Source of the DNA: a virus | IMG/VR virus record: IMGVR_UViG_3300044701_002822 | Span: 1-64,000 of that record | Length of the DNA: 64,000 nucleotides | Direction: 5' to 3' (one strand) | In this document: positions 1 to 9,947 of the stretch, piece after piece | How positions within the stretch are numbered: the stretch's first letter is position 1 | Layout: the number at the start of each line of letters is the position of its first letter | Translations under genes and position numbers: made by a program | The notes under the pieces: model-generated | The model's database searches: none | What the model was told of the DNA's origin: nothing | Seen by the model: the letters and a program-made list of their open reading frames with translations, nothing else

Positions 1-594
1 ATTGTCCCAGTCACGTTCAAACCATTCAGGTACCATAACCATGTTGATAGTAACTTGAACATCGTGTTCTTGACATAGTATTAGTTTGTCTGCAAAGTCC
101 TGCATCTTTGCTGTTGTATCTAAATGCTCAGTATGCAAACTTGCTGTAATGCTTGCTCTGTGAAACGGCTTTGCATAATCTACGTATGTTTCAAACCATT
201 TCATAGGTCGAGAACAGTTTGATGTCATGTGTATGCTAGTATAATTGGTATTAGGCGTATCGTCTGCTAGATACTTTAGAATATCTAAGTAACCTGGATG
301 GAATGTAGGTTCACCTCCACTTAACGAAAAGTGGAAACTATTGAATCCATTGTCACGTGCTTGTCGTTTTATTTCGTCGATGGTTTTGAGACATAACTCT
401 GTAGGTCTATGATCTTTTTTGTCGGATCTTGCATATGGCCAACAGTAGCTACATCTGTAGTTGCAGAATCTGCCGAGGAGCCAAGATACAGTAAATATGT
501 CTCTATATAAGAGTGTCCGCTGTCCGACTTGAACAATTTCGTCAAACGGGATTTTGGTAAAATCATAGTTGCTCCATTTTAAATCTTCAGTCAT
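1..594 (-). CDS. Radical SAM protein (W-x-x-x-x-x-CxxxCxxC subfamily), truncated by the window edge
   Basis: Not in the ORF track. Manual translation from ATG at 594 gives MTEDLKWSNYDFTKIPF...VSWLLGRFCNYRCSYCWP...FSLSGGEPTFHP...MTSN...ITASLH, open to position 1. Confidence 0.9.
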   Translation of the reverse strand, partial: MTEDLKWSNYDFTKIPFDEIVQVGQRTLLYRDIFTVSWLLGRFCNYRCSYCWPYARSDKKDHRPTELCLKTIDEIKRQARDNGFNSFHFSLSGGEPTFHPGYLDILKYLADDTPNTNYTSIHMTSNCSRPMKWFETYVDYAKPFHRASITASLHTEHLDTTAKMQDFADKLILCQEHDVQVTINMVMVPEWFERDWDN

Positions 595-599
595 TTCTT

Positions 600-628
600 A
601 TTGTACTATATTTTTTTCTTTTTGTCAA
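600..628 (-). promoter_or_regulatory. sigma70-type promoter TTGACA-N17-TACAAT, 5 nt upstream of ATG 594 (leaderless)
   Basis: Reverse complement of tgtcaa (623-628) and attgta (600-605), with a 17-nt spacer. Confidence 0.75.
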
Positions 629-642
629 AATTAATTTTAAAT

Positions 643-1719
643 TTATATATCTACTTGTAAGTTTTGTTCTGCTTCTCTTTTTACTATGCCGCAGGTTCTA
701 ATACAACGAGGAATAACATTGCTACTAGTCCAACTTTTTAAAAGATCTTTAAAAAACTGATGTGCTAAAACTTGACTCCACGATTGTTCTTTTAAATTTA
801 GCTGGCCAATAGGATACTTTAATTCTGCGTGTGACATAGTTTTAAAAGTTTCGTATTGGTCGCTAATATAACAACATGGAAAAACTTCCATTCTACTATT
901 GATATACATTTTTTGAGATTCTCGGTATATACATTCAATTTTCCAATCGGTGTTTGGCAACGGTTTATCTGCATATCTGAAATCTTCTAATGTATTAAAA
1001 TCGTTTTTATGATCTGTCTTCACCTGTTGTAAAAATTCAGTCATCTCTTTTAGACTAGGATGTCTATATTCAGGATCTAGTGGCGGTTCTAAATAGTGCG
1101 TAACATTACCTTCTGCATCTAACACAGGATATGGATTAAATCTGTCAAATCTCGGTGTACGTCTAAATCTAAAATTATCTACTCCTAATTCTTTTGCAAG
1201 TGCTTTACTGCTTTCCATTTCATGTTCGTTATGTTTAAACACAAGAAAGTCCCACCGTGTTCTTACAGGACTATCACAAACAATCTTTAGATGCTTCAGT
1301 ATTTTGTTTACATCAGTGTTTTGCCTATAAAGATGATTTGTTTCAATTCCATCAATACCAAAAGTAATTCTATCTCCACTGTCAAGGATGTCAACAAAAC
1401 GTTTCCACCAACTTTCAGTTTTAAGACTGCCATTGGTAAACATTTCAATCTGAGCACCGGCATCTTTTGCTGCTTTTACTGCTTCAAACACATTTTTTGC
1501 TGCAATAGGATCGCCGTGAGTTCCACAAAAATAAACAAATTTTAAGTTAGGTAGGTCTCTGAATGCTTTAGAAACATCAGTTAAATTCCATTCGGCAAGA
1601 CCCCTTCCGGGATTAGCCAGACCTCCAAATTGATTTCTATCGCACATAGGACATGCAGCATTGCACTTGTTTGTAATTTCAACGTGCAACTCACGTATAC
1701 TATCAGGTTCTAAAAACAT
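643..1719 (-). CDS. Radical SAM protein (CxxxCPxC subfamily) with C-terminal Cys cluster
   Basis: EITNKCNAACPMC, FCGTHGDP, TNGS, FGIDG, and C-terminal C...PCCY...CIRTCG. Confidence 0.92.
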   Translation of the reverse strand: MFLEPDSIRELHVEITNKCNAACPMCDRNQFGGLANPGRGLAEWNLTDVSKAFRDLPNLKFVYFCGTHGDPIAAKNVFEAVKAAKDAGAQIEMFTNGSLKTESWWKRFVDILDSGDRITFGIDGIETNHLYRQNTDVNKILKHLKIVCDSPVRTRWDFLVFKHNEHEMESSKALAKELGVDNFRFRRTPRFDRFNPYPVLDAEGNVTHYLEPPLDPEYRHPSLKEMTEFLQQVKTDHKNDFNTLEDFRYADKPLPNTDWKIECIYRESQKMYINSRMEVFPCCYISDQYETFKTMSHAELKYPIGQLNLKEQSWSQVLAHQFFKDLLKSWTSSNVIPRCIRTCGIVKREAEQNLQVDI

Positions 1720-1751
1720 AAAACTACCTTATAATAAATATAGTGTATTTA
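1717..1751. promoter_or_regulatory. Bidirectional late-type promoter cassette TAAATA-N5-TATTTA plus leftward RBS
   Basis: TAAATA at 1735-1740 (+) and TATTTA at 1746-1751 (-) lie between divergent genes. A near-identical cassette is at 52615-52647. Confidence 0.65.
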
Positions 1752-1779
1752 ACAGTTAAAAAACTTACAGAGAGATTTT

Positions 1780-3294
1780 ATGACAGATATTGTGTTTTTA
1801 ACACTGCCGCGACTGGAACTTAGGGCACCTATAACAGCCCCTGCAATACTAAAGGCCATGGTAGAACAGCATGGGTTTAGTGCATTTTGTTATGACTTGA
1901 ATTTAGATCTTTGGCATAGTATTGACACAGAAAAGCACGGACATGTTTGGTTTGATACTGACTTAACTTTTAGATACGAAGATAAGTTTGAAGAATTTTG
2001 GAATGAACATATCGAGCCATGTGTTCCAAAATGGCTAGCAACTATACAAAGTAAAAATCCTAAATGGATAGGCATAACAATTTTTAGTCAGCGTAGCAAA
2101 TGGGTTACAATCCGCATTTGTAAAATGTTTAGAGAAAAGTTACCAAATGTAAAGATTGTTGTAGGCGGACCTTTTGCCGAGTTCACTGGCCCTAGCTTGT
2201 ACAAAAATAATCTAACCGATGCATATGTTATCGGCGAAGGTGAAGAAGCTATTGTTAATATATTAAACGGAAACCTAAACGCACCCGGTATAAATGGTAT
2301 TCCGCCTAGTCAAATAAATGACTTAGATACAATTCCTATTCCCGACTATAGCGATTTTCCAATGGACAAATATCCGAGTACTTGGTTTGACCCTAGAATA
2401 AAGGACAAAACCAAGATGGGCACTGAATTTGTTTACATAACTGGCAGCCGCGGCTGTGTACGCAAATGTACTTTTTGTGATATTCAAAGCGTATGGCCAA
2501 AATTTAGGTATCGCAGTGGTAAAAGTGTTGCAGAAGAAATGCAAACACAAAACAATGCTTATGGTAGTAAAAGATTTTTGTTTACAGACAGTTTGCTTAA
2601 TGGTAGTGTAAAGCAACTAAAAGATATTTGTACTACACTTATTGATTATAAAGACAAAGGTACAATGTCGCCTGTTCTGTGGCAAGGACAGTTTATAGCA
2701 CGACCAGAACATCAGATGAAAGAAGATGTTTACAGGTTAATGTATGAAGCAGGATTAAGATTTGTAAGTATCGGTGTAGAAAGTGGAAGCGAAAAGATAC
2801 GTGACGATATGCGTAAAATGTTCAACGATGAAGCTATGGACTTTACTTTTCGCATGTGTGCAAAATATAAAATAGAAATGGCATGGTTATTGCTTGTAGG
2901 CTATCCTACCGAAACTGAAGAAGAGTTCCAAAAAACTCTAGACATGTTGGAAAAATATAATTGGATTAATCAACAAGGGCTAATACGTAGTGTTGCACTT
3001 GGGCCAACGCTAGATATTGTTCCAGGATCTCCTTTGTGGAATAAACAGAAAGAACTCGGAATCACTTGGGACCAGAACGATCATTGGATATATAAAGATA
3101 ATACACGAGAAGTTAGAATACGTAGGTGGCTAACACTCAAAGAAAAATGTTTAGAACTAAACTACCCTATTGTTGAAAAAGCTACCGATCATTTACTAGC
3201 AGAGTTAGAAAAAATTACAGCACAAAAACAACAAACTGTACATATTTATGATCATTACAATGAAGGTGCAGGAGCGATGGGGCCAAGCGTATGA
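1780..3294 (+). CDS. Cobalamin-binding radical SAM protein (class B methyltransferase-like)
   Basis: N-terminal B12-binding-like region (IVVGGP, GEGE), SRGCVRKCTFC, GVESGS, VGYPTETEE. Confidence 0.9.
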   Translation: MTDIVFLTLPRLELRAPITAPAILKAMVEQHGFSAFCYDLNLDLWHSIDTEKHGHVWFDTDLTFRYEDKFEEFWNEHIEPCVPKWLATIQSKNPKWIGITIFSQRSKWVTIRICKMFREKLPNVKIVVGGPFAEFTGPSLYKNNLTDAYVIGEGEEAIVNILNGNLNAPGINGIPPSQINDLDTIPIPDYSDFPMDKYPSTWFDPRIKDKTKMGTEFVYITGSRGCVRKCTFCDIQSVWPKFRYRSGKSVAEEMQTQNNAYGSKRFLFTDSLLNGSVKQLKDICTTLIDYKDKGTMSPVLWQGQFIARPEHQMKEDVYRLMYEAGLRFVSIGVESGSEKIRDDMRKMFNDEAMDFTFRMCAKYKIEMAWLLLVGYPTETEEEFQKTLDMLEKYNWINQQGLIRSVALGPTLDIVPGSPLWNKQKELGITWDQNDHWIYKDNTREVRIRRWLTLKEKCLELNYPIVEKATDHLLAELEKITAQKQQTVHIYDHYNEGAGAMGPSV

Positions 3295-3920
3295 TAATAC
3301 CACAAAAATATAATATCGATGACCAGTTTAAAGATACACTCGAACAAATTCATCAATATGCTAAAAATATCAACAACGACGATGTAACTTTTGAACCAAA
3401 AATTAGGACAGGAAATACATTTAAAAGAGTACCAAAAGAACTTAAAAGTTTAGTAGAACAAATTCTATACAGTTTACCTGGTGCTGATTTGTTAGAATGG
3501 GAATTTGAAGTTTTTTGTTCTCGCAAACCTGTTACGCTACATAATGATAGAAATTATTATGAACATTTAGATAAACAGTGTCAGAGAGGTTTTATACTTC
3601 CATTAGAGTGGAAAGGGAAAACGCCCGGTACTTTAATATATGACAAATGGTATCCTGAAAAACTTGTTATCGGATATGACGAAATTAATGAAGCATTTAT
3701 ATTTAAAAAACTTGTAGGGCGTGAACAGATAGACGATCCTAATATTAATTTCAAAGTAGATGATTGTAATTTAATTGACGAATATATTTGGGAAAAGGGT
3801 ACCTGTTTAATATTTGACAGTAGTCAAATACATAGCAGTAGTGATTTTGTTATCGATAACGACAGTTACAAATTAAGTATCAACGCCTTGGGATACACAA
3901 TTGGAAAGAGAGAAGTATAA
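3291..3920 (+). CDS. Putative 2OG-Fe(II) oxygenase-like (DSBH) protein
   Basis: LHND (HxD) and W-x-x-G-x-x-x-IFDSSQIH distal His; paralogous to the next gene. Confidence 0.6.
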   Translation: MIIPQKYNIDDQFKDTLEQIHQYAKNINNDDVTFEPKIRTGNTFKRVPKELKSLVEQILYSLPGADLLEWEFEVFCSRKPVTLHNDRNYYEHLDKQCQRGFILPLEWKGKTPGTLIYDKWYPEKLVIGYDEINEAFIFKKLVGREQIDDPNINFKVDDCNLIDEYIWEKGTCLIFDSSQIHSSSDFVIDNDSYKLSINALGYTIGKREV

Positions 3921-4639
3921 TGAACCAATCTACAATAATATTAGAAAATCATTTTAATTCTGAAGATTTGGAATATCTCCGTAAATTGAAAGCGATATGC
4001 AAAGAAGATCCTAACTCAATTAGATCAAGATTGTCTTTACAAAAAAGAAGTAACAAACTATATGTATGCAGTAATAAAACTATTGTAAATCACAATGATA
4101 TAGCAAAATGGATAAACGAGCGTTTGCCGTTTGAAAACAAAGACGAATACGAATTTCAATCCATTAACTTTTACGAAATACAAGTTCCTTTCGGCATGCA
4201 TTCAGATACTAGTGCTGACCAAAAATATTTTTATCAAGGCATAATACCGTTAGGCGTGGATCCTGCTGACAAGGATGCTTATACTCTTATTTTCGACCAA
4301 ACATCCGAAGAGAATGTAGAATGGATTCATCCTATATACGAAAAACCAGATGATTATAAACCGTTTTTTAATAAACCTGTTAGAGATCCATATTATTTTG
4401 ATAACTGGAAACCAGATTATAAACTTTCAGACGAGGATTGCAAAAAATGGTTTGGCAATCATTGGAAATATTGGCAAACTGCCTACGAAGGATTTACTGT
4501 ACACACCGAATACAAGTGGAACATAGGCGATTTATTTTTGTTTGATAGCAGACATATGCACTGTGCTACCGCTCTCGAAGAGAAAGGTATTAATTCAAAA
4601 GAAGGATTGCTTTTCATCCTAAAAAAGAAAGATGTGTAA
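3920..4639 (+). CDS. Putative 2OG-Fe(II) oxygenase-like (DSBH) protein
   Basis: GMHSD (HxD) and WNIGDLFLFDSRHMH distal His, followed by Lys. Confidence 0.62.
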   Translation: MNQSTIILENHFNSEDLEYLRKLKAICKEDPNSIRSRLSLQKRSNKLYVCSNKTIVNHNDIAKWINERLPFENKDEYEFQSINFYEIQVPFGMHSDTSADQKYFYQGIIPLGVDPADKDAYTLIFDQTSEENVEWIHPIYEKPDDYKPFFNKPVRDPYYFDNWKPDYKLSDEDCKKWFGNHWKYWQTAYEGFTVHTEYKWNIGDLFLFDSRHMHCATALEEKGINSKEGLLFILKKKDV

Positions 4640-5466
4640 TGTTTAAACATTTAGATACGTTAACTTATATTACTAAATTAAATAGAACATATTCAACTGC
4701 TTCTGCAAATACAGGAGCAGGAGAATTATCAATAGTAAATTATTCCTATACAGATGTAGATAAAATTGAAATTGGTATACCATTAGGTGACAAACCTGTT
4801 GCAGTGTTTATATCCGGCGGGCCTGATAGTGCTATAACAACATATTTGGTAGTAAAAACAATCAAAGACTTAGGATTCAACAATCCTGTTTATCCGATTA
4901 CTACAGAGTTTATGGCAAGGCCGTATAATATAAGACATGCATGGAATGTATTAAATAAAATCGAAGAATTACTGGATTTTAAATTTGCACAGCATCTTAT
5001 ATTTCCTATGCCTAATCATGCATTAAAAATAAGCGACGAAGATAAAAAAGTAATAATGTCTAAAAATATAGACGAGTACTTTAATCGTTATCAAATTTAT
5101 ACATTGTTCAACGGATTAACTGCAAACCCACCAGATGATGCTATAGTGGATACAATTTATGCACAACGCCAAGCTGAACGTAATAGCGTTGATGCTGTAT
5201 TACAAAAACTAAAACAAAGTTATAATCAATATCCGTTGTTGTTTTCTCATAAACAAATAGCAGCATACTTTTTTGAAAAATTTGATTTACTAGAATCTCT
5301 ATTTCCATTAACAAGAAGTTGCGAAGCAGAACTCGAAGAATCACATTATTTTACTAAAACATGTTTCGAAATAAGACATGCTGAGCAGTTGTGTTGGTGG
5401 TGTCAAGAACGTAAATGGGGATTCAATCATTATCGTCCTGCTGATTTTATACAAAAGGTGAAATAA
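4639..5466 (+). CDS. QueC-like PP-loop ATP pyrophosphatase
   Basis: ISGGPDS PP-loop, TRSC, and a variant Zn motif C...CWWCQER. Confidence 0.75.
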   Translation: MFKHLDTLTYITKLNRTYSTASANTGAGELSIVNYSYTDVDKIEIGIPLGDKPVAVFISGGPDSAITTYLVVKTIKDLGFNNPVYPITTEFMARPYNIRHAWNVLNKIEELLDFKFAQHLIFPMPNHALKISDEDKKVIMSKNIDEYFNRYQIYTLFNGLTANPPDDAIVDTIYAQRQAERNSVDAVLQKLKQSYNQYPLLFSHKQIAAYFFEKFDLLESLFPLTRSCEAELEESHYFTKTCFEIRHAEQLCWWCQERKWGFNHYRPADFIQKVK

Positions 5467-6260
5467 TGCTTACAAGACAAATAGCAAATTCAAACGAAAC
5501 AGCTGAAATATACGCAGATATAGAAATCAAATTTACAGCCGACAGCGGATCTAGTACAATTGTTCCATTAGGAAAAGATTGGAACACAGTTGGCATACAA
5601 TTATCAGGCGGCTTAGACAGTGCTTTACTTTTATACCTAACTACAAAGGCTATACAAGAATCCGGATTTAATATTTGCATACAACCAATTAGTGTGTTTA
5701 TTCCTACTAAGGCAAAAAATATTGTTGCTACAGAAGCTATTATTAAAAAAGTTAAAGAATTAACTGGTGCCAATTTTATTAATGATGGATTAGTTTTCAA
5801 TATGTCGATTTCTGATACAAGCACTAATGATGGTAAAAAAGATAGATTTTTTGACTCTACTATTTTAAAACTGTTTGAAGATAGAGTAATAGATTTTGAA
5901 TATAACGGTAACACAAAAAATCCGCCGGAGCATATTAGAAAACACTTTCGTTATGATCAGTATAGACAAAAAAATAGAGACAATGCTGAATCTATATACA
6001 ATAATCCTTATGGTGCCAGTCCGCACTACAACATGGATAAAAAAGATATTGTAAATCTATATGTTAAACACAATCTTATAGAAGAACTAGCACCGTTAAC
6101 GCTTTCGTGTGACGAGGATGTCGATATAGTTTACGCAAACAAATTAAATGTACCATGCGGATCATGCTGGTGGTGTGAGGAACGCAAGTGGGGATTTAGT
6201 TCTAACAATGTAAAAGACCCTGCACCTATACTAACTTTTGAAGAATACAAGAATCTGTAA
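5466..6260 (+). CDS. QueC-like PP-loop ATP pyrophosphatase
   Basis: LSGGLDS, TLSC, CGSCWWCEER. Confidence 0.8.
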   Translation: MLTRQIANSNETAEIYADIEIKFTADSGSSTIVPLGKDWNTVGIQLSGGLDSALLLYLTTKAIQESGFNICIQPISVFIPTKAKNIVATEAIIKKVKELTGANFINDGLVFNMSISDTSTNDGKKDRFFDSTILKLFEDRVIDFEYNGNTKNPPEHIRKHFRYDQYRQKNRDNAESIYNNPYGASPHYNMDKKDIVNLYVKHNLIEELAPLTLSCDEDVDIVYANKLNVPCGSCWWCEERKWGFSSNNVKDPAPILTFEEYKNL

Positions 6261-6261
6261 T

Positions 6262-7443
6262 ATGGACATACCCAGTAAAACATTTTGCAGTATGGCATGG
6301 GATCATCAATTTATCGATCCTACAGGCAGAGTAAAACCGTGTTGTAGATTTGCAGAAAAATACAGGCCCAATGAGAACAATCTTAAAGAAAAAACTTTGA
6401 GCGAAGTTTTTTACGGGGGCTGGATGAATGATGTTCGCGATAAAATGATGCGTGGCGAACAAGTAAACGGGTGTATTCGTTGCTACCAAGAAGAAGCCGC
6501 TGGCAAACGCAGTCTGCGTGAACGCTATCACGATAGCAAGGAGTTACCGATTGATCAGTTAGTTGATTTAGATAATCCAAAGATTAGATGGATCGAACTT
6601 GCTATTAGCAATGACTGTAACTTAGCATGTCGCATGTGTGACAGTCGCTATTCTTGGAAATGGTTCAAAGAAGAACAAGCTATATTTGGCACTACTTATA
6701 ATACTGTTGAAAAAAGTAAAAGTGATATATCAAATATCTATCCATTTATAAACGATCTTGTACATATTAAATTCACTGGTGGAGAACCGTTGATGACCAA
6801 GGATCAATGGGCATTAGTGGATAAAATGTTAGCCGAACGTGATTGCAGTGATATACTTTTAAATTATAGCACCAATTGTACTATTATGCCCAAAGACAAC
6901 TGGATAAAAAAATGGAGTAAATTTAAACAGGTAGAATTTGCTTTAAGCTTTGATAGTTCAAATAAAGACGAAAGTGAGTATATACGTTGGCCAGCAAAGT
7001 ATGAAACAACAGAAGCTGTTACTAAAAGGTTTTTAGAACTTAAACAAAGTCATGGATTTCACGTGTTTTTACGCAGCACAATTAGTTTGTTAAACGTTTG
7101 GCATATGCCAGAAAGTATGCAATGGTGGGCAGAGCATGACCAAGGAGTGCAGATTATGAATCCTACGCACTTGACTTATCCGGAAATCCTTTGTGTTACT
7201 GTATTACCGGCACACATTAAAAAACGTGTTACAGAAAAGTTTGACAATTATATTTTAAATTCAAGTAACGAAAAAATAAACAAAAGTCTTGAATATATAA
7301 GAAACTTTATGAATAGCAAGGATGATAGTTACTTATTGCCGCAACTAAAAACTTATTTAGAGGGCACTGACAAATATAGAGAGCAAGATTTTTTTAAGTC
7401 TTATCCTCAATTTTTAGATCTATTTTTTCACTTAGATAGTTAA
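6262..7443 (+). CDS. Radical SAM protein with N-terminal twitch-like domain
   Basis: FCSMAW...PCC...CIRCYQEE; CNLACRMC; FTGGEP. The ORF track starts at 6238; ATG 6262 follows the upstream stop directly. Confidence 0.92.
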   Translation: MDIPSKTFCSMAWDHQFIDPTGRVKPCCRFAEKYRPNENNLKEKTLSEVFYGGWMNDVRDKMMRGEQVNGCIRCYQEEAAGKRSLRERYHDSKELPIDQLVDLDNPKIRWIELAISNDCNLACRMCDSRYSWKWFKEEQAIFGTTYNTVEKSKSDISNIYPFINDLVHIKFTGGEPLMTKDQWALVDKMLAERDCSDILLNYSTNCTIMPKDNWIKKWSKFKQVEFALSFDSSNKDESEYIRWPAKYETTEAVTKRFLELKQSHGFHVFLRSTISLLNVWHMPESMQWWAEHDQGVQIMNPTHLTYPEILCVTVLPAHIKKRVTEKFDNYILNSSNEKINKSLEYIRNFMNSKDDSYLLPQLKTYLEGTDKYREQDFFKSYPQFLDLFFHLDS

Positions 7444-8614
7444 AAAGTTCTGGAGTGACATCTTTAAAATGTATACCACGTTCAAGTGTAAAATAATTTA
7501 GTGCATCAACTGTTAAGGGTACTTTGTCAACTTTGGTTCCAATATGTTTTTTGAAATTGTTTAAATTAAAAATTACCTCATCTAAGTTTGCTATTACATC
7601 ATGTTTATCAGACATGTATTCAATACATTTGTCAATATAAACTAAAAACCTTTTGTCTAAGACATCAATAGATAATGCATCGGGTTGATATACAATGTTA
7701 GCACTTATGTAAACTCCATTTGTATTGTACTTTTTACACAAATCAATAAAAAATTTAAAATAAGATAATGTATCAACAATAGACACACAGTTTATAGACA
7801 TGTTTGTCGATATGGTAAAGCCTGCTGCAAACCATGTATTTAAATTATCAACATATTGTTTATAACTGCTTCCATGTCTTACATATTCGTAATTTTTTCC
7901 TGTGCTTTCTCCACTGACTGAGATGTACACATGTAGATTTTTATAAGTTTTTTTATAATCTCCGAGTTGCTTTATTATTTTTTGTAATAGATTAGTAGGA
8001 GTATTGCAATTTGTTTGCAGCCCTATTGTTAAACTTTTATCGTGGTTGGTATTCTTATAAAAGCTAGTAATACATAATTCTAAAAGATTTTTTTTATTAA
8101 CAGTAGTCAACATAGGCTCTCCTCCTAATAATACTATTTCAGTTATTTTATTATCAGGTTGTGTGTTTCCGACGCTAGTTATATAATCAAATATTTTTTC
8201 AGAATTATTATTTTTTATATTCGTGTTTTTATTTGAACAAGAAAAATTTGGGGGCGTGTGTTTTGTAGTTTTCAATTCTGCTAACCATTGACTGCTATAT
8301 TGTGCATTACAATAGATGCATTTACTATCACATGTATTATCAAAAAATAATTCTATTTTTTTATAGATATCAAGTTTGTAAAATTTATAGAATTCGTTTC
8401 CAAGTTGTCTCCAACTTTTGGCATTTGCCTTTTCAGTATCCCAACAGATATTGCATTCACGTATACGTCTACCTTTAGTTAAAGCTTTTTCTGCTTTTTT
8501 TAGTTCTTTGCTGCCTATCTGATTTATATGAGCCATTTTACAGCAAAGAGACTCTGTATTTTGTAAGTTGTCAAAAATTCTTTCAATGGAAGACCTTTTG
8601 CAGAAATTACTCAT
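7394..8614 (-). CDS. Divergent radical SAM protein with N-terminal Cys domain
   Basis: LCC...CNICW, CDSKCIYC, SSQW, LGGEP. Start taken at ATG 8614 (track gives 8683). Confidence 0.85.
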   Translation of the reverse strand: MSNFCKRSSIERIFDNLQNTESLCCKMAHINQIGSKELKKAEKALTKGRRIRECNICWDTEKANAKSWRQLGNEFYKFYKLDIYKKIELFFDNTCDSKCIYCNAQYSSQWLAELKTTKHTPPNFSCSNKNTNIKNNNSEKIFDYITSVGNTQPDNKITEIVLLGGEPMLTTVNKKNLLELCITSFYKNTNHDKSLTIGLQTNCNTPTNLLQKIIKQLGDYKKTYKNLHVYISVSGESTGKNYEYVRHGSSYKQYVDNLNTWFAAGFTISTNMSINCVSIVDTLSYFKFFIDLCKKYNTNGVYISANIVYQPDALSIDVLDKRFLVYIDKCIEYMSDKHDVIANLDEVIFNLNNFKKHIGTKVDKVPLTVDALNYFTLERGIHFKDVTPELFNYLSEKIDLKIEDKT

Positions 8615-9947
8615 ATTTGTATCCCAATAATAACTCCCATGTTTTAGGACAAACATCTTTGAGATTTTCTTTGCGGCTTGCATCTAATGTACGAGTATAA
8701 TGCCAAAATTTGTCTAAATAATTGCTATAGTCCTCAGCCCACATATATTTGATATAGCTATCTAGTATTTTACAAAAGTGTTTGCGATTTAAACTATCTT
8801 GAATTTCTGTTTCGGCACGAGTTTTCCACTCTTCAAAATAGTTTTCAATCCACTGTTTGCTTTCTTTTGGAAATACTTTAATGTTTAAAAATCTAGGACT
8901 GTGAAGAGGATGAGGACTTATAACACTTTTATGTTTTACATCAACATTTATGCGTTTAAAGTTTTGTTGTATTTTCCACATCATCATTTCGGGCAAATGC
9001 ACTAAGTTGTATGCTTGTATTGTTGCAGCCCACCAAATCTTAAATTCACCTTCTGCTGCATCTAGTTTACGCATGTTCTCTTCAATCTTACGCCATTTGC
9101 TAGGATTGCGTATGTAATCGTTAATCGGTCCAACAGCATCAACACTCATGCCTATTTGTACACGTTGGAAGTGTTTCCAAATATTCCATGCACGTTCCGG
9201 TATGTTAGTAATATTAGTATTGTATTCGATTACAATTTTATCTGCTCTGTTTGCATCAATACATTTCTGTAAAAATTCATAGTGCTGATCAATCATCAAA
9301 GGCTCGCCGCCTACAATATACAACCGTTCTACAACAGGAATCTGTTTTTCTAAATCAATCCAAAAATCTTTGCTTTTATACCAACTGTAAATATCAACAT
9401 CTGGTTCATGTTTTCCTTTGGCATTTTTTACTAATTTTATTTTTTGACCGCTATCAGTATATTGCGGACCCCAAAGTTTTACTGTATCTTCGTACCACAT
9501 GTTACTGTCTGTCGGTCCGCACATGCGACATTTTAAATTACACAGGTTTCCAAAACGCAAATCCATATATTTTATAGGATTTTTTTCTACTTCTATAGTA
9601 CCGTCAATATCAGTCAAGCACTTAGAAGATTCCTCAGTTAAAACATGTTCCCAAATTGTACGTTCCCAGTCTGCTCTGCTTTCCATTCCGCTTTCGGCTT
9701 CACGTTTGCAACGCACACAGCTATCATGATATTCTCCTTTAAGCATACTCAATCTAATTTCTTTCATTAGATCTGCATTTCTAAAATCATGTATGCTGTC
9801 TTTGCCTAAATTATAATACGATCCGTCAGACTTGCTTACAAGACCTTGGTTGACACTCACGTTTGCATTACAGCAAACTCGTACATCTCCGTTGTTTCTC
9901 ACATTTAATCCAAGCCAAGGAAGCGGACACCATGCTCTATTTGACAT
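8607..9947 (-). CDS. Radical SAM protein with N-terminal twitch-like domain
   Basis: WCPLPW...VCC...CVRC; CNLKCRMC; IVGGEP; YIRNPSKW. Confidence 0.93.
   Translation of the reverse strand: MSNRAWCPLPWLGLNVRNNGDVRVCCNANVSVNQGLVSKSDGSYYNLGKDSIHDFRNADLMKEIRLSMLKGEYHDSCVRCKREAESGMESRADWERTIWEHVLTEESSKCLTDIDGTIEVEKNPIKYMDLRFGNLCNLKCRMCGPTDSNMWYEDTVKLWGPQYTDSGQKIKLVKNAKGKHEPDVDIYSWYKSKDFWIDLEKQIPVVERLYIVGGEPLMIDQHYEFLQKCIDANRADKIVIEYNTNITNIPERAWNIWKHFQRVQIGMSVDAVGPINDYIRNPSKWRKIEENMRKLDAAEGEFKIWWAATIQAYNLVHLPEMMMWKIQQNFKRINVDVKHKSVISPHPLHSPRFLNIKVFPKESKQWIENYFEEWKTRAETEIQDSLNRKHFCKILDSYIKYMWAEDYSNYLDKFWHYTRTLDASRKENLKDVCPKTWELLLGYKYE

Noticed and set aside
369-566. 65-aa ORF in the track
   Set aside because: It is an alternative frame inside the real radical SAM gene at 1-594.
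4639-6260. Calling the PP-loop genes queC and nearby rSAMs queE (queuosine or 7-deazaguanine DNA modification)
   Set aside because: No folE, queD or dpdA/tgt is visible, there are three divergent copies, and the rSAMs carry extra Cys domains unlike QueE. Symbols withheld.
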